In this document: positions 1-7,831 of the stretch, one piece after another | How positions within the stretch are numbered: the stretch's first letter is position 1 | Layout: every line of letters starts with the position of its first letter | Assembly (NCBI GenBank): GCA_033851845.1 | Contig: JAWWOH010000077.1 | Coordinates: 1 to 37,616, forward strand | Length of the DNA stretch: 37,616 bases | Source of the DNA: Actinomycetota bacterium | GTDB lineage: Bacteria > Actinomycetota > Actinomycetes > Mycobacteriales > SCTD01 | Direction of reading: 5' to 3' | Program-made: the position numbers and the translations under genes | Notes under the pieces: generated by a model | Database searches by the model: none | Told to the model about the DNA's origin: nothing | Seen by the model: only the letters and a program-made list of their open reading frames with translations

Positions 1-138
1 TACGTCGAGGGCAAGAGCTACCAGGAGATCGCCGAGCGGCTCCAGCGGCACGTGAAGTCGATCGACAACGCGCTGCAGCGCATCAAGCGCAAGCTCGAGG
101 GGCACCTGCGCGAGCGCACCGTCGCCGACGCGGGCTGA
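1..138 (+). CDS. 3' end (partial) of an RNA polymerase sigma-70 family sigma factor, region 4
   Basis: In-frame translation YVEGKSYQEIAERLQRHVKSIDNALQRIKRKLEGHLRERTVADAG* ends at TGA 136-138. It has a region-4.2 helix-turn-helix-like pattern (KSYQEIAE...KSIDNALQRIKRKL). The start lies outside the window. Confidence 0.55.
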   Translation, partial: YVEGKSYQEIAERLQRHVKSIDNALQRIKRKLEGHLRERTVADAG

Positions 139-154
139 ACCACAGCGGACGTCC

Positions 155-179
155 TCGGCGACCAGATGAGGGTCGCCGA
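155..179. terminator. GC-rich hairpin (9-bp stem tcggcgacc/ggtcgccga, 7-nt loop) in the convergent gap between the sigma gene and the flotillin gene
   Basis: Perfect inverted repeat at 155-163 and 171-179, read directly from the sequence. There is no U-tract, which is common for actinobacterial terminators. Confidence 0.25.
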
Positions 180-307
180 CGCTGGCGTGAGCCTGCTCGA
201 GCCGACGGCCCCATCCTGGGGGGGTAGGACAGGGCCGCCGGCGGACTGAGCGACGTGTGCGTCGTACCTGCGTTGTACCCAGGGCCGGCGGTCGTGACTC
301 CTACCCG

Positions 308-1474
308 TCAGGTGACGCTGTCGGTGTCGTCCTCGAGTACGCCGTCCTCGCCGTCGTCGTCGATGACGCCCTCTTCGACCGCACCGCCATCGCCCCGGCC
401 CGGCAACGACTCGGTGAGTGTCCGCAGGATCGCCAGCCCTTGACCGGCCAGGCTGGCGACGGCGCCGTTGAGGCCTTCGGCGCCGTTGAGCACGGTGAGG
501 TTCGCGCCGTTCAGTCCTTCGGCGGCGGCGGCGAGCATGTCGGGCAGCTGCGCGATGATCTGCTGGTCGAGGGCGATGCGGCCCTCCGCGGCAGCGGCGC
601 CGGCCGACAGCCGGGTCGCGTCCGCCTGCGCCTTGGCGATCGCCAGGATGCGCGCGGCCTCGGCCTCTGCCGGCTTGACGATCTCGGCGATCAGCTCGGC
701 CTCGCGCAGCTTGGCGTTCTTCGCCGCAACGAGGGCCTGCTCGGCGAGCACGGCCTGCTGAGCCTGCGCCTCGGCGAGCGGACCGGCTGCGGCCTGCCGG
801 GCCTGGGCCTGGTCGATCTCCGCCTGGTACTCGGCCCGCTTGATGGCCGTCTGTCGGGCGTACTCGGCCTGGTTGCGGTCGGACTCCTGCTGCGCCATCG
901 CGCTGGCCTGGTCGGCGGCTGCCTGCGCGACGTTCGCCGCCTGTCGCACAGCGGCCTGATGTGGAGCGGCGAGCGAGGCGATGTAGCCACTGCCCTTGTC
1001 GTCGATCTGGCTGATCTGGAGCGAGTCGACCGCAAGACCGATTCTCGCCATCTCAATCTTCGACGCGTCCAGGATGTTGTCGCTGAGCTTCTGCTGGTCT
1101 CGGATGATGCTCTCGACGGTCATCGATCCGATGATGCTGCGCAGATGACCCGAGAAGATTCGGCCGACGAGCGTCGCCATCTGGCTTTGGTCGGATTGGA
1201 AGCGCCGCGCCGCCGCGGCGATGCTCTCGTGGTCATCGCCGACCTTGAAAGCGATCACGGCCTTCACGCCGAGAGTCAGGCCCTGCTGCGTGTAGCAGTC
1301 CTCCTCGACCTCGGCTTCCTGCATCGCCAGCGTGAGGACTGATGCGCGCGAGACGACGGGTACGACGAAGACGCCGTGGCCTGTCACGATCTTGAACTGG
1401 GCGTCTGCCTGGCGCTGCTTGCGCCCACTGATCAGCAGGGCTTCGTTGGGGGCTGGAACGCGGTAGCCGAGCAT
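308..1474 (-). CDS. flotillin / SPFH (band 7) domain protein
   Basis: 388-aa ORF. The N-terminal SPFH domain is followed by a long Ala/Gln/Glu-rich coiled-coil region typical of bacterial flotillins (YqiK/FloT-like). Its start overlaps the stop of the upstream NfeD gene (TGATG at 1472-1476). A GGGAGG Shine-Dalgarno sits 6 nt upstream. Confidence 0.9.
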   Translation of the reverse strand: MLGYRVPAPNEALLISGRKQRQADAQFKIVTGHGVFVVPVVSRASVLTLAMQEAEVEEDCYTQQGLTLGVKAVIAFKVGDDHESIAAAARRFQSDQSQMATLVGRIFSGHLRSIIGSMTVESIIRDQQKLSDNILDASKIEMARIGLAVDSLQISQIDDKGSGYIASLAAPHQAAVRQAANVAQAAADQASAMAQQESDRNQAEYARQTAIKRAEYQAEIDQAQARQAAAGPLAEAQAQQAVLAEQALVAAKNAKLREAELIAEIVKPAEAEAARILAIAKAQADATRLSAGAAAAEGRIALDQQIIAQLPDMLAAAAEGLNGANLTVLNGAEGLNGAVASLAGQGLAILRTLTESLPGRGDGGAVEEGVIDDDGEDGVLEDDTDSVT

Positions 1475-1908
1475 CAGGTCCTCCCTGGTTCACCGGAGAC
1501 GCCCTGTCCCGGCATGTTCCATGGTTCGACGTCGATACGACGAGCGCCCCTGTCGTTGATGACGAGCACCTCGGTGCCTACCGGCAGCGGATCCTCGGCG
1601 TACGCGATGAAGGCGTGGGGCATGCCGGCGTACACCACGCGCACCTCGCCGGGTGCCTCTCCACCCCGGATCCGGACCAGGACGCGGCCGACCTTTCCCA
1701 CCGGTCCGTCGGGCATCTGGTGAGTATGGAGCAAATCCGACCGAACCTTTCCGGTCACGTCGAACTCTCGGATGCATGGGACGCCTCTGCGGGTGGGCGG
1801 CGGCGTGACAGCCGACGTGCTGACGGGCGGCTTCACGCTCGCGCCACCGATTCCGGCTGCGGAGGCGGCACTGCCCTCGCTGCCAGGCGTCAGCGCCGGC
1901 GTCGCCAC
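1474..1908 (-). CDS. NfeD-family protein (C-terminal OB-fold beta-barrel domain only), partner of flotillin
   Basis: C-terminal segment QMPDGPVGKVGRVLVRIRGGEAPGEVRVVYAGMPHAFIAYAEDPLPVGTEVLVINDRGARRIDVEP matches the NfeD short-form OB-fold. It is translationally coupled to flotillin, and the NfeD-flotillin operon is a conserved pair. The N-terminal 45 aa are low complexity without transmembrane helices. An alternative GTG start at 1758 (GGGAG 6 nt upstream) would remove the 137-bp antisense overlap with the ECF sigma ORF. Confidence 0.6.
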   Translation of the reverse strand: MATPALTPGSEGSAASAAGIGGASVKPPVSTSAVTPPPTRRGVPCIREFDVTGKVRSDLLHTHQMPDGPVGKVGRVLVRIRGGEAPGEVRVVYAGMPHAFIAYAEDPLPVGTEVLVINDRGARRIDVEPWNMPGQGVSGEPGRT

Positions 1909-2377
1909 CGACTTCGCGGCGCTCTACACGTCGGAGTTCGGGCGGCTGGCCGGCTACCTGACCGCGCTGACCGGTGACACCGACGCGGGCCGGGAGGCGG
2001 CGCAGGAGGCCTTTACCCGGTTGTTCGCTCGGTGGCGCTCGGTCCGGGAGCCCAGGGCGTTCGTGTACGTCGTCGCGACCAACCTGTGCAAGCACAGCTG
2101 GCGGCAGAGCGGGCGTGAGCGGGTCGCCGTCGCCCGCCTGGGCCAGGGCCTCACCGAGGGTCGGCCCGCGCACGACCCCTGGCTGCGCGATCTGGTCGAG
2201 CGGCTTCCGGTCAGCCACCGCGAGGTCGTGCTCCTGCACTACTACGCCGATCTGTCCGTCGCCGACATCGCAGCAGCGATCCGGCGGCCGGTCGGCACCG
2301 TGAAGCGCCGGCTGCACGAGGCGCGCAACCTGCTGGCGGCCGCGGTCGCCTCGAGCGAGAGGGAGGTGTCGGCATGA
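1772..2377 (+). CDS. ECF (group 4) RNA polymerase sigma factor
   Basis: Sigma-70 region 2 (FAALYTSEFGRLAGYL...AQEAFTRLFARW...FVYVVATNLCKHSWRQ) and region 4 (LPVSHREVVLLHYYADLSVADIAAAIRRPVGTVKRRLHEARNLLA). The 5' end is ambiguous: in-frame GTG candidates lie at 1793, 1805 and 1817, and the ORF overlaps the NfeD ORF on the other strand. The stop overlaps the start of the next gene (ATGA at 2374-2377). Confidence 0.8.
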   Translation: MHGTPLRVGGGVTADVLTGGFTLAPPIPAAEAALPSLPGVSAGVATDFAALYTSEFGRLAGYLTALTGDTDAGREAAQEAFTRLFARWRSVREPRAFVYVVATNLCKHSWRQSGRERVAVARLGQGLTEGRPAHDPWLRDLVERLPVSHREVVLLHYYADLSVADIAAAIRRPVGTVKRRLHEARNLLAAAVASSEREVSA

Positions 2378-3252
2378 GCACCTTCCCAGGGGGGTTCGTC
2401 CCGGTGGCACCGCCGGCGGACGGGCTTCGGCTCGCGTTCGTCGCGGCCCGCCGTCGTCGCAATCGAAAGGCAGGCGCCACCGGCGCCGCCGGCCTGCTCG
2501 CCGCGGTGGCGCTGCTCGCCTCGACGGGGGGTGCGGGTCAGCCGACCCTGATGCAGGAGCCGCTGCCTCCGTCGTCGTCGACCGGTCTGGGCGTCCTGCC
2601 GGGAGCCGACCCGACGGCTGCGCCCGGCCGAACCGCCCCGCCGGCAGCCGCGTCGTCGCTCGCCGTTGTCTCCACGCGGCGCGCGCAGGTCGCAGATCCG
2701 CAGGCCCACGACACTGTGCGCTCGGACCTCACCTCGGCTGGCACGTCGTCCCGCAACGGCGTCAGCGCGCAAGGAACGAAGCCGGTGTCCGGCCCGATGA
2801 CCCGCGGGTCCAGCGTCCTCTACACAAATGGTGACCTGATGTGTCCCGCGCGCAAGCAGCAGGAGGGGCAGCGCGGTCTGTGCACGGACATCTACGCAAG
2901 CCAGAACCCCAGTACCGGGGACACGACCATCACGGCTGAGATCTGCAACGTCGGGACGGCCACCGAGGTCCTGAGCTACGAGACTGCTCGCGAGCTGGAC
3001 CTGAGCGTGCGGCGGTCGGGCATCGAGGTGTGGCGGTGGTCCATCGGACGGCACTTCGCCGCTACCCCGCACCAGCTCGCCATCGGAACCCAGGCGTGCA
3101 TCAACTGGTCGACGACCTGGGCGCAGGTCGACTCGCACGGTGGACGGGTCCAGGCCGGCGGCTACGACGTCGTTGCCGACTTCGACGCCGCCGAGGTGGC
3201 GGCAGCGGACCGGCACCCGTCGTACCCGATCACCATCTCGCAGCAACCGTAG
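2374..3252 (+). CDS. single-pass membrane protein co-translated with the ECF sigma; candidate non-canonical anti-sigma factor
   Basis: 292 aa. A short cytoplasmic N-terminus (~25 aa, Arg-rich) is followed by one predicted transmembrane helix (GLLAAVALLAS) and an extracytoplasmic Pro/Ser/Ala-rich linker. The C-terminal domain carries 4 Cys. It is translationally coupled to the sigma gene, the usual position for an anti-sigma. No HxxxCxxC zinc anti-sigma motif is present. Confidence 0.55.
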   Translation: MSTFPGGFVPVAPPADGLRLAFVAARRRRNRKAGATGAAGLLAAVALLASTGGAGQPTLMQEPLPPSSSTGLGVLPGADPTAAPGRTAPPAAASSLAVVSTRRAQVADPQAHDTVRSDLTSAGTSSRNGVSAQGTKPVSGPMTRGSSVLYTNGDLMCPARKQQEGQRGLCTDIYASQNPSTGDTTITAEICNVGTATEVLSYETARELDLSVRRSGIEVWRWSIGRHFAATPHQLAIGTQACINWSTTWAQVDSHGGRVQAGGYDVVADFDAAEVAAADRHPSYPITISQQP

Positions 3253-3264
3253 GATCGGGCTCTC

Positions 3265-3337
3265 GCCGGGTTAGCTCAGTTGGCAGAGCACCGCTCTTGT
3301 AAAGCGGATGTCGTCGGTTCGATCCCGACACCCGGCT
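3265..3337 (+). tRNA. tRNA-Thr (anticodon UGU)
   Basis: Cloverleaf folded by hand. Acceptor GCCGGGT/ACCCGGC; D-arm GCTC-AGTTGGCA-GAGC; anticodon stem CCGCT/AGCGG with loop CTTGTAA (anticodon TGT); T-arm GTCGG-TTCGATC-CCGAC; discriminator T. CCA is not encoded. The antisense ORF shows the typical tRNA-shadow peptide. Confidence 0.9.
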
Positions 3338-3355
3338 CTGCCTCAAATGTATTGG

Positions 3356-3448
3356 GTCGGCTGAAGCTTGACAGACAAGCTTCGGCTGACCCTTTACACG
3401 GTTTCGGCTGATGGTTGACACGGCCTTCGGTTGATTCTTGACACTCCC
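3356..3448 (+). repeat. four tandem imperfect ~22-bp repeats (TTCGGCTGA-N3-5-TTGACA-CGG) between the tRNA and the IS remnant
   Basis: Units at 3356-3380, 3381-3401, 3402-3425 and 3426-3448. Each contains TCGG(C/T)TGA and a TTGACA/TTTACA hexamer. An embedded palindrome gaagcttg-N5-caagcttc lies at 3362-3382. Confidence 0.5.
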
Positions 3449-3453
3449 TCAGC

Positions 3454-3979
3454 ATGAGGGAGTTGAGCGTGTCGGAGCAGCGGTATCAGGCGATCCTCGC
3501 GGTGATCAGCGATGGCCGGACGGTGAAGGAGGTCGCGGCCGAATGGTCGGTGAGTAGGCAGACGTTGCATACCTGGCTGGCGCGCTATGAGGCCGGCGGT
3601 CTGGAGGGGCTGGCGGACCGGTCGCATCGGCCGAGACTCGTGTCCGCATCAGATGCCGGCGCAGGTCGAGGCGACGGTGCTGGAGATGCGCCGCGCGCAT
3701 GGCTACTGGGGTCCGCATCGGTTGATGGTGGAACTAGCCCGCAAGGGCGTGACGCCGGCGGTGTCGGAGTCGGCGGTCTATCGCTGTCTGGTGCGGGCCG
3801 GGGTGATCGAGCCGGCCCGTCGGCTGCGTCGCGAGGACGCATGGCGGCGGTGGGAGCGGGGCCGGCCGCTGGAGCTGTGGCAGATGGATGTGGTCGGTGG
3901 GTTCCTGCTCGCCGACGGCACGTCGGTCAAGGCGCTGACCGGGGCGCGGCCTTGGCGACGGACTTGTCTGTGCTGGTGA
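3454..3979 (+). pseudogene. IS481-family transposase remnant (frameshifted near 3630-3642, truncated after the first DDE residue)
   Basis: Frame 1 (3454-) gives MRELSVSEQRYQAILAVISDGRTVKEVAAEWSVSRQTLHTWLARYEAGGLEGLADRSHRP, the IS481 N-terminal helix-turn-helix. Frame 2 (3587-3979) continues SCPHQMPAQVEATVLEMRRAHGYWGPHRLMVELARKGV...ELWQMDVVGG..LADGT, the start of the DDE/rve domain. It then stops at 3977-3979 with most of the catalytic domain missing. Confidence 0.75.
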
Positions 3980-4185
3980 CTGCGAGCGCGTCGAGCACAG
4001 CGCCGGTCTGCGGCAGCTTCACCCGCCACGCGCTTTCGAGAATCGACAGAAGCCCGATGTCTCCGGCTGCCGTGCCGGCCCAGACTGGAACGGCCTGCGG
4101 CCCGCGTAGTTCGAGAACGGCGCTGAGCAATCTGACCCATTCTGTGTCAGACGCGACGCGGACCGAAGGCTGGCAGGGTGTGGGT

Positions 4186-5052
4186 TCAGGTACCTGTTAG
4201 GGAGTGCCAGAGCGCCCGCGTTGGCCGCTGCTCGAGGTAGTTGGGAAGGGTGCAGGCGGCGATCCGGAACGACGGTAGCTTCACGTCTACGGCCACCACG
4301 TCGACGCCGGGGGGCCGCTGCTGTGCAACGAGGTCGGGGACGATGCCGACGCCGCAGCCCAGTGAAGCCAGGGCTAGTACCGCTTCATGTCCGTGCGCCT
4401 CCGCGGCGACTGTGGGCCGTACCCGCAACCGCCGGAACCACAGATCGACCAGAGTGCGGCTCAGGCCGGTCTCTGGCAGCACGAACGGGACGCTGGACCA
4501 GGCCGGCGACACCGAGGTCGGCAATGTCAGACCACTGGCGCTCGACACCACCAGCACCATGTCGGTGGAGGTGATCACGTGGGCCAGCAGGTCTCGGGGC
4601 GTGCGCGCTGGCAGTGCAGCGATGGTCACGTCGACACTACCGTCCCTCAGTCGTTCTAGGGCTTCCGCGGCGTACCCCGTCTCGATGGCCAGGTGCACCG
4701 ACGGGTGGGTCGCCCGGAACGTGGCCAACAAGGACGGCACGATCGTCTGGCTCGCCGTCACCGTGCAGAACAGCGTCAAGGTTCCGGAGACGATCTCCTC
4801 AGGCTCCGTGGGGCCGAAACGCTGCCACTCGGTCAGGACGCGATGCGTGGTGTCGAGGAACCGGACACCGTCCGGCGTGAGCCCGACCGTGCGCCGGTCC
4901 CGATCAAACAGACGCACGCCGGTCTCCGCCTCCAGACGCGAGATGGTGCGGCTCAGCGTCGAGGGCGTCACATGACATTCCGCTGCCGTACGCCCGAAGT
5001 GGAGCGTCGCCGCCAAGTGCTGGAAGAGCTCGAGCTGATCAAGAGAAGTCAT
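4186..5052 (-). CDS. LysR-family transcriptional regulator, IlvY-like by context (divergent from a class II ketol-acid reductoisomerase)
   Basis: 288 aa. N-terminal helix-turn-helix (LELFQHLAATLHFGRTAAECHVTPSTLSRTISRLEAETGVRLFDR) plus a LysR substrate-binding domain. It is transcribed divergently from the reductoisomerase gene with a 71-bp gap, the E. coli ilvY-ilvC arrangement. Confidence 0.85.
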   Translation of the reverse strand: MTSLDQLELFQHLAATLHFGRTAAECHVTPSTLSRTISRLEAETGVRLFDRDRRTVGLTPDGVRFLDTTHRVLTEWQRFGPTEPEEIVSGTLTLFCTVTASQTIVPSLLATFRATHPSVHLAIETGYAAEALERLRDGSVDVTIAALPARTPRDLLAHVITSTDMVLVVSSASGLTLPTSVSPAWSSVPFVLPETGLSRTLVDLWFRRLRVRPTVAAEAHGHEAVLALASLGCGVGIVPDLVAQQRPPGVDVVAVDVKLPSFRIAACTLPNYLEQRPTRALWHSLTGT

Positions 5053-5075
5053 GCACAGAGTGCATCACAGTGATC
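5052..5075. promoter_or_regulatory. two abutting palindromes (TGCACAGAGTGCA and ATCACAGTGAT) in the LysR/reductoisomerase divergent intergenic region; candidate LysR-type operator
   Basis: Read directly from the sequence at 5052-5064 and 5064-5074. They lie in a locally AT-richer 71-bp intergenic region. Confidence 0.35.
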
Positions 5076-5123
5076 CCCATGTTTCACTGGACGCATTACG
5101 ACATCTCGGGCTTTCCTTCAGCT

Positions 5124-6596
5124 ATGACTACTTTCTGTTCTCACATCTTCCCCGTGGAGCAGGTCGAGCTGGCCGGCACCGTCGAATCTGTCCTGGTCGG
5201 CGGGCGACACCTCCGATCCTTGATTCCTCAGGCTTTTCAAGGCGTCGATGAGATTGGCGTCATCGGCTGGGGATCGCAGGCGCGTGCACAGGCGGCCAAC
5301 CTGCGCGACTCTCTTGTCGGTACCAGTACCCGCGTCGTCGTCGGCCTTCAGCAGGGCTCACCTTCTGCCTCCGATGCGCGCGAGTGCGGCTTCACCGAGG
5401 AGGACGGGACCCTCGGCGAGATGTACGAGGTCATCGCGCGTTCGGACCTGGTACTGCTGCTCATCTCCGACGCCGCGCAGGCGACCGTGTACCCGCAGGT
5501 GTTCGCGGCCCTGCAACCCGGCGCGACGCTCGGCTTGTCCCACGGCTTCCTGCTCGGTTACCTCCACGCGATCGGGGTCGACGTGCCGAGCGATATCAAC
5601 GTGATCGGCGTCTGCCCGAAGGGGATGGGACCGTCGGTCCGGCGGCTCTACGAGCAGGGCGACGGCGGTGCCGGCATCAACTGCAGCTTCGCGGTCGCGC
5701 AGGACATTGACGGCTGGGCCACCGATCTCGCTCTCGCGTGGGCCGTCGGCATCGGAGCTCCCTGTACCTTCCGCACGACCCTCGAGCAGGAGTACCGCTC
5801 GGACGTGTTCGGCGAGCGAGGTGTGCTGCTCGGTGGGCTGCACGGCCTGGTCGAGAGCCTCTACCGGTTGCGCGCGGACACGGGTATCCCGGCCGAGTTG
5901 GCCTTCCGCAGCAGCTGCGAGACCCTCACCGGGCCGATCCGGCAGGCGATCTCCCGCGACGGTCTCAAGGGGCTGTACGGCAGCCTTTCCGTTGCGGAGC
6001 AGTCGGCCTTCGGGTCGGCGTACAACGCTTCGTACGGACCGCTGTACGGGCTGCTCGCCGAGATCTATGAGGAGGTCGACTCAGGTCGCGAGATCGCCTC
6101 TGTCGTCGCCGCTGGCGCGCGCCTGAACGACCACCCGATGCCGCAGGTCGAGGGCACGCCGATGTGGGAGGTCGCTGCGCGCGTCCGAGCTGCTCGCACC
6201 GACGACCCGGGACCCATCGACCCGGTCGCCGCCGGACTGTTCGCGGCGATGATGATGGCTCAGGCCGACCTGCTTCGCAGCAAGGGCCACGTCTGGTCCG
6301 AGATCGCGAACGAGTCGGTCATCGAGGCCGTAGACAGCTTGATCCCCTACATGCATGCTCGCGGCGTCGCCCACATGGTCGACAACTGCTCCGTCACCGC
6401 GAGGCTCGGGGCCCGTCGTTGGGGCCCGGTGTTCGAAGCCACTTTGAGCCGCGCCGTGCTTCCGCGGATCGGTGGCCATTCTGCCGGCGCACCAGAAGGG
6501 TTCATCGGCCATCCGCTGCACGACGTTCTCAGCACTCTCGGCCGATTCCGACCTTCGATTGACATCGCGTTGATCCCCGAAGCAGCGCCGGCCTGA
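5124..6596 (+). CDS. ilvC: ketol-acid reductoisomerase, class II (long form, ~490 aa, E. coli IlvC-type)
   Basis: Alignable by eye to E. coli IlvC throughout: N-terminal FCSHIFPVEQVELAG versus FNTLNLRQQLAQLG; Rossmann motif VIGWGSQARAQAANLRDS versus VGCGAQGLNQGLNMRDSG; LGLSHGF versus LGYSHGF. Its duplicated C-terminal knotted domain gives ~490 aa, against ~340 for class I. The ORF opens at GTG 5070. I chose ATG 5124 by N-terminal alignment to E. coli IlvC. Confidence 0.8.
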   Translation: MTTFCSHIFPVEQVELAGTVESVLVGGRHLRSLIPQAFQGVDEIGVIGWGSQARAQAANLRDSLVGTSTRVVVGLQQGSPSASDARECGFTEEDGTLGEMYEVIARSDLVLLLISDAAQATVYPQVFAALQPGATLGLSHGFLLGYLHAIGVDVPSDINVIGVCPKGMGPSVRRLYEQGDGGAGINCSFAVAQDIDGWATDLALAWAVGIGAPCTFRTTLEQEYRSDVFGERGVLLGGLHGLVESLYRLRADTGIPAELAFRSSCETLTGPIRQAISRDGLKGLYGSLSVAEQSAFGSAYNASYGPLYGLLAEIYEEVDSGREIASVVAAGARLNDHPMPQVEGTPMWEVAARVRAARTDDPGPIDPVAAGLFAAMMMAQADLLRSKGHVWSEIANESVIEAVDSLIPYMHARGVAHMVDNCSVTARLGARRWGPVFEATLSRAVLPRIGGHSAGAPEGFIGHPLHDVLSTLGRFRPSIDIALIPEAAPA

Positions 6597-6619
6597 CCGG
6601 CGAGGAAGACTAGATCCGT

Positions 6620-7831
6620 ATGACGGTCTCGGCGGCGGTGGAGCGTGCGGTCGCTGCCGTCACGGACCGCGAAAGCGACGTCCAAGCCTGGGCACGCCTC
6701 GACATCGAGCGGGCAGGGCAAGAGGCGATCGAGGCGGATCGGGCCTCGTCTCGTGGAGCACTGAGTGGCCTGGTCCTGGCTGTCAAAGACAACATCGACA
6801 GGGCGGGCCTCGCGACGGGTTGCGGGTCGCAGATCCCCACCGCGCAGGCCGCGAAGACCGATGCCTGGGTCGTTGATCGGCTGCGAAGCGCAGGTGCCGT
6901 GTGCCTAGGCAAGACCGTGTCCACCGAGTTCGCGTTGTTCTTCCCAGGACCGACTCGCAACCCTTGGCGGCTGACCCACACACCTGGAGGATCCTCGAGC
7001 GGGTCCGCCGCGGCAATCGCCGCGGGTATGGCCGACATCGCACTCGGCACCCAGACGGGCGGCTCGGTCATCCGGCCCGCAAGCTTCTGCGGCGTGTGGG
7101 GTTTCAAACCGACCTTCGGTGCCGTCCCGCGCGAGGGCATCCGCGTCATCGCGCCCTCTCTGGACACCGTAGGGTGGTTCGGACGCTCAGCAGCAGACCT
7201 CGAAGCCGTCCGTCGCGTCCTGGGCGACCAGACACCGCCAGCGCCGATCGACACGCCACCGCGGTTCGCGCTCCTCCGCACCGAGTACTGGACCGAGGCG
7301 GACCGGAGCGCTCGAACAGCCGTGACAACGGCAGCTGACCGAGCACGGACCGCCGGAGCACGCGTCACCGAACGCGACCCGGCAGTGCTGGCCGGCCTGG
7401 CACAAGGCCAACCGCTCATCCAGTGCTACGAGGCCGCTCGCTCCCTCCGATTCGAGCGGGAACACCACGCCAACAGGCTGTCAGCTTCGCTCAAGAACTA
7501 CCTCGCCCAGGGGGATGCCGTCAGCTGTGAGCAGCACGAAGCGGTGCTGGCGTCGGCCGCCCGTGTCCGCACAGCGCAGGACGAGGTCTTCGACGACGGC
7601 GACGTCCTACTGACCTTGGCGGCCGCAGGGGAGGCACCAAAAGGGCTGACGTCGACCGGCGATCCGCTCCACTCCCAGCTCTGGACCTTGCTCGGCTGGC
7701 CGACAGTCGCCGTACCCGGACTGAAGGGATCCACCGGATTGCCCATCGCCGTGCAGCTGATCGGCCGCGCCGGGTTCGACGCAGAGGTCATCGCCGCCGC
7801 GGCGTGGCTCGCGGAGGCGATGCGAGCATGA
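6620..7831 (+). CDS. amidase signature (AS) family amidase
   Basis: 403 aa with the GGSSSGSAAAIAAGMADIALGTQTGGSVIRPASFCG signature (Ser-cisSer-Lys family), KDNIDRAGLATGCGS. Confidence 0.85.
   Translation: MTVSAAVERAVAAVTDRESDVQAWARLDIERAGQEAIEADRASSRGALSGLVLAVKDNIDRAGLATGCGSQIPTAQAAKTDAWVVDRLRSAGAVCLGKTVSTEFALFFPGPTRNPWRLTHTPGGSSSGSAAAIAAGMADIALGTQTGGSVIRPASFCGVWGFKPTFGAVPREGIRVIAPSLDTVGWFGRSAADLEAVRRVLGDQTPPAPIDTPPRFALLRTEYWTEADRSARTAVTTAADRARTAGARVTERDPAVLAGLAQGQPLIQCYEAARSLRFEREHHANRLSASLKNYLAQGDAVSCEQHEAVLASAARVRTAQDEVFDDGDVLLTLAAAGEAPKGLTSTGDPLHSQLWTLLGWPTVAVPGLKGSTGLPIAVQLIGRAGFDAEVIAAAAWLAEAMRA

Noticed and set aside
257-1342. 361-aa ORF on the + strand antisense to the flotillin gene
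   Set aside because: Gly/Arg/Leu-rich low-complexity translation typical of a shadow ORF in 70%-GC DNA. The opposite strand encodes a clean SPFH/flotillin protein.
2242-3246. 334-aa ORF on the - strand antisense to the anti-sigma-like gene
   Set aside because: Arg/Gly-rich with no domain. It overlaps two coupled + strand genes.
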